Below, in pieces: positions 62,060 to 64,000 of a stretch of DNA of 64,000 bases. The DNA is taken from positions 96,001 through 160,000 of the forward strand of contig CAWGSK010000011.1 in NCBI GenBank assembly GCA_963825055.1, given 5' to 3'. Source of the stretch: an uncultured Gemmatimonadales bacterium. Lineage in GTDB: Bacteria; Gemmatimonadota; Gemmatimonadetes; Gemmatimonadales; GWC2-71-9. Each line of letters begins with the position of its first letter. The stretch's first letter is position 1. The position numbers were made by a program, and so were the translations under genes. The notes under the pieces were generated by a model. That model was not told the DNA's origin. It saw only the letters and a list, made by a program, of their open reading frames with translations, and made no database searches.

Positions 62060-63174
62060 GACGGCAGCGTCTGCACTTCGACCGAGAGCACGGCCGGCAG
62101 GTCCCGCACAATCGGCTCCCAGCTGTCCCCGGCGTCGGCGGACGCGTACACCTGGCCGCCGGTAGTACCGAAGTAGATCCCGCAGTCATCCAGGGTATCG
62201 ACAGCCATCGCGTCCCGCAGCACGTTCACGTAGCAGTCCTGCTGGGGCAGCCCCTTCGTGAGCGCCTCCCACTCGTTGCCTCCCGCCCTGCTCCGGTACA
62301 CGCGCAACTTCCCTTCGGGCGGATAGTGCTCGCTGTCGCTCTTGATGGGAACGACGTACACGGTCTCGGGCTCATGGGCATGAATGCCGATGGGGAATCC
62401 GAAGTCGCTGGGCAGGTTGCCGCTCACTTCATGCCACGAATCGCCGGCATCGTCGCTCCGCATGACATCCCAGTGCTTCTGCATGAAGAGCACGTTCGGC
62501 CGGGACGGATGCATGGCGATCCGGTGCACACAGTGGCCCACTTCGGCCTCGGGCTCCGGCATGAACTCCGAGCGGAGCCCACGGTTGATGGGGGTCCAGG
62601 TCTTCCCGGCGTCATCCGTCCGGAACGCGCCGGCCGCCGAGATCGCGATGAAGATGCGGTCAGGCCTGGAGGGATCGAGCAGGATGGTGTGCAGGCACAT
62701 GCCGCCGGCGCCGGGCTGCCACCGGGGCCCCGACCCGTGCTTCCTCAGGCCGGAGACTTCTTCCCAGGAGGTGCCGCCGTCCGTCGTCCGGAAAAGGGCA
62801 GCGTCCTCCACCCCGGCATAGACGATGTCGGGATCGGTCAAGGCGGGCTCGAAGTGCCACACCCGCTTGAACTCCCACGGATGCGGAGTACCGTCGTACC
62901 ACTGGTGGGTCCCGGGAACGCCATCGTACGCGAATTCGTTACCGACCGTCTCCCAGGTCTTTCCGCCATCGCTCGACCGCTGCACGACCTGGCCGAACCA
63001 CCCGCTGCTCTGGGAGGCGTACAGCCGGTCAGGATCAGCCGGAGACCCCTTCACGTGGTAAATCTCCCAGCCGGGAAAATGCGGCCCGCTCACCTTCCAG
63101 TCCCTCCGCCGTCCGTCCGCCTCCAGAATGAATGCCCCCTTGCGTGTCCCAACCAGCAACCGGACCCGGCTCAT
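62056..63174 (-). CDS. BNR/Asp-box (WD40/YVTN, sialidase-like) beta-propeller protein
   Basis: [10 protein letters not shown]; Asp boxes [40 protein letters not shown]; no signal peptide. Confidence 0.88.
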   Translation of the reverse strand: MSRVRLLVGTRKGAFILEADGRRRDWKVSGPHFPGWEIYHVKGSPADPDRLYASQSSGWFGQVVQRSSDGGKTWETVGNEFAYDGVPGTHQWYDGTPHPWEFKRVWHFEPALTDPDIVYAGVEDAALFRTTDGGTSWEEVSGLRKHGSGPRWQPGAGGMCLHTILLDPSRPDRIFIAISAAGAFRTDDAGKTWTPINRGLRSEFMPEPEAEVGHCVHRIAMHPSRPNVLFMQKHWDVMRSDDAGDSWHEVSGNLPSDFGFPIGIHAHEPETVYVVPIKSDSEHYPPEGKLRVYRSRAGGNEWEALTKGLPQQDCYVNVLRDAMAVDTLDDCGIYFGTTGGQVYASADAGDSWEPIVRDLPAVLSVEVQTLPS

Positions 63175-63366
63175 GCTGCCTCCTGTTCTTTTTGGTGGGC
63201 GCCCCGTGGGCGCACGTCGCGCTCGTCCCGCTCCCCTTCGACGATCGGCGGCCTCCCGAATCGACATGGCGCCGCGCGCGCCGGCCGTGAGGCCAATACG
63301 GGGTGCCATGGGCGGGGCCCGGATGATACGTTGCGATGGCCAACCCTGACCAGCAGCCGGGCATGC

Positions 63367-63864
63367 ATGGACGTTCAGCTCCGCAGTATCCTCCTGGGAA
63401 CTTCCGGGCTGGGCGTCGTGGCCGCCATCTCCCTGGCCCTGGCCCGATCCGGCCCGCACCCTGAGCACCGCGGGCCATTCGCGACCGTGCGACGCCTTGG
63501 GTGGCTCGCGGTGGCGGCCCAGGCGCTGCACTTCGGGGAGGAATGGCTCGGCGGGTTTCCCGACCGGTTCCCCGCCCTGCTCGGGCTTGCCGCGTGGCCT
63601 CCGGGATTCTTCGTGACGCTCAACCTGGCATGGCTCGCGGCCTGGATCCTGGCCCTCGTACGGCCCCGCGCGTGGCCCGGATTCACACTGTTCGCCCTCT
63701 GGTTCCTGGCCCTCGCCGGCATCGTGAACGGGGTCGCGCATCCCATGCTGGCTCTGGCCGGCGGCGGCTACTTCCCGGGCCTCTGGACATCCCTGCTCGT
63801 TGGACCAGCCGGGGTGCTCCTCCTGCTGGCCCTCGGCCGGCATCGAAGCACGGTCGCAACCTGA
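63367..63864 (+). CDS. HXXEE-domain membrane protein
   Basis: [24 protein letters not shown]; multiple TM segments. Confidence 0.82.
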   Translation: MDVQLRSILLGTSGLGVVAAISLALARSGPHPEHRGPFATVRRLGWLAVAAQALHFGEEWLGGFPDRFPALLGLAAWPPGFFVTLNLAWLAAWILALVRPRAWPGFTLFALWFLALAGIVNGVAHPMLALAGGGYFPGLWTSLLVGPAGVLLLLALGRHRSTVAT

Positions 63865-63915
63865 CCGGTCAGGCCTGATCGAGACACCCCCGCAACCCTT
63901 ACCTGGAGACCAGCA

Positions 63916-64000
63916 ATGAGACGTGTCCCTGCCGCATCCGGGCTCATCCTCGCGGCCTTGGCGACGGCCGCCTGCCAGTCCACGGATCGTGATGCCGTCG
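63916..64000 (+). CDS. Start of a lipoprotein, truncated by the window edge
   Basis: [27 protein letters not shown] lipobox. Confidence 0.55.
   Translation, partial: MRRVPAASGLILAALATAACQSTDRDAV

Overview
This is a high-GC bacterial window. The gene repertoire suggests Gemmatimonadota (inference): several kinase-TM-TPR/TolB Ser/Thr kinases, a BTAD-TPR regulator, SusC/SusD, and an ECF sigma-kinase pair. From left to right it contains: (1) an Ig/cupredoxin lipoprotein and a BTAD regulator; (2) a CBM20-esterase-GH13 fusion and a Tat-exported GH2; (3) a ~1.9 kb A-rich low-complexity block that looks like a sequencing or consensus failure, grading into a degraded ECF sigma and Ser/Thr kinase; (4) OmpA; (5) a Bacteroidota-style starch/maltodextrin utilisation locus (susC, susD, three GH13, GH97, MFS, galM, plus an inverted Na+/solute symporter cassette); (6) a degraded GT2 + GT-C pair; (7) an FAD oxidase and a secreted beta-propeller protein; (8) a translationally coupled anaerobic benzoyl-CoA dearomatisation operon, paaX-oah-dch-bcrCBAD-orf-had-hemerythrin; (9) a cold-adaptation module (desaturase, cspA, rpsU, DEAD helicase) bracketed by a ~50 bp direct repeat; (10) NmrA, Bor, two divergent Ser/Thr kinases, a BNR/WD40 + MoaD pair and an HXXEE protein. 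The best candidate for an undescribed system is the benzoyl-CoA operon. It has a consensus sigma70 promoter overlapped by a palindrome, a PaaX with a 4-Cys insertion, an Oah with a Zn-ribbon tail, a small CxxC protein and a hemerythrin. Many genes carry indel frameshifts typical of low-coverage long-read consensus, so pseudogene calls are provisional. No rRNA, tRNA, CRISPR array or transposase was seen. All family assignments come from motif recognition by eye; no database search was run.
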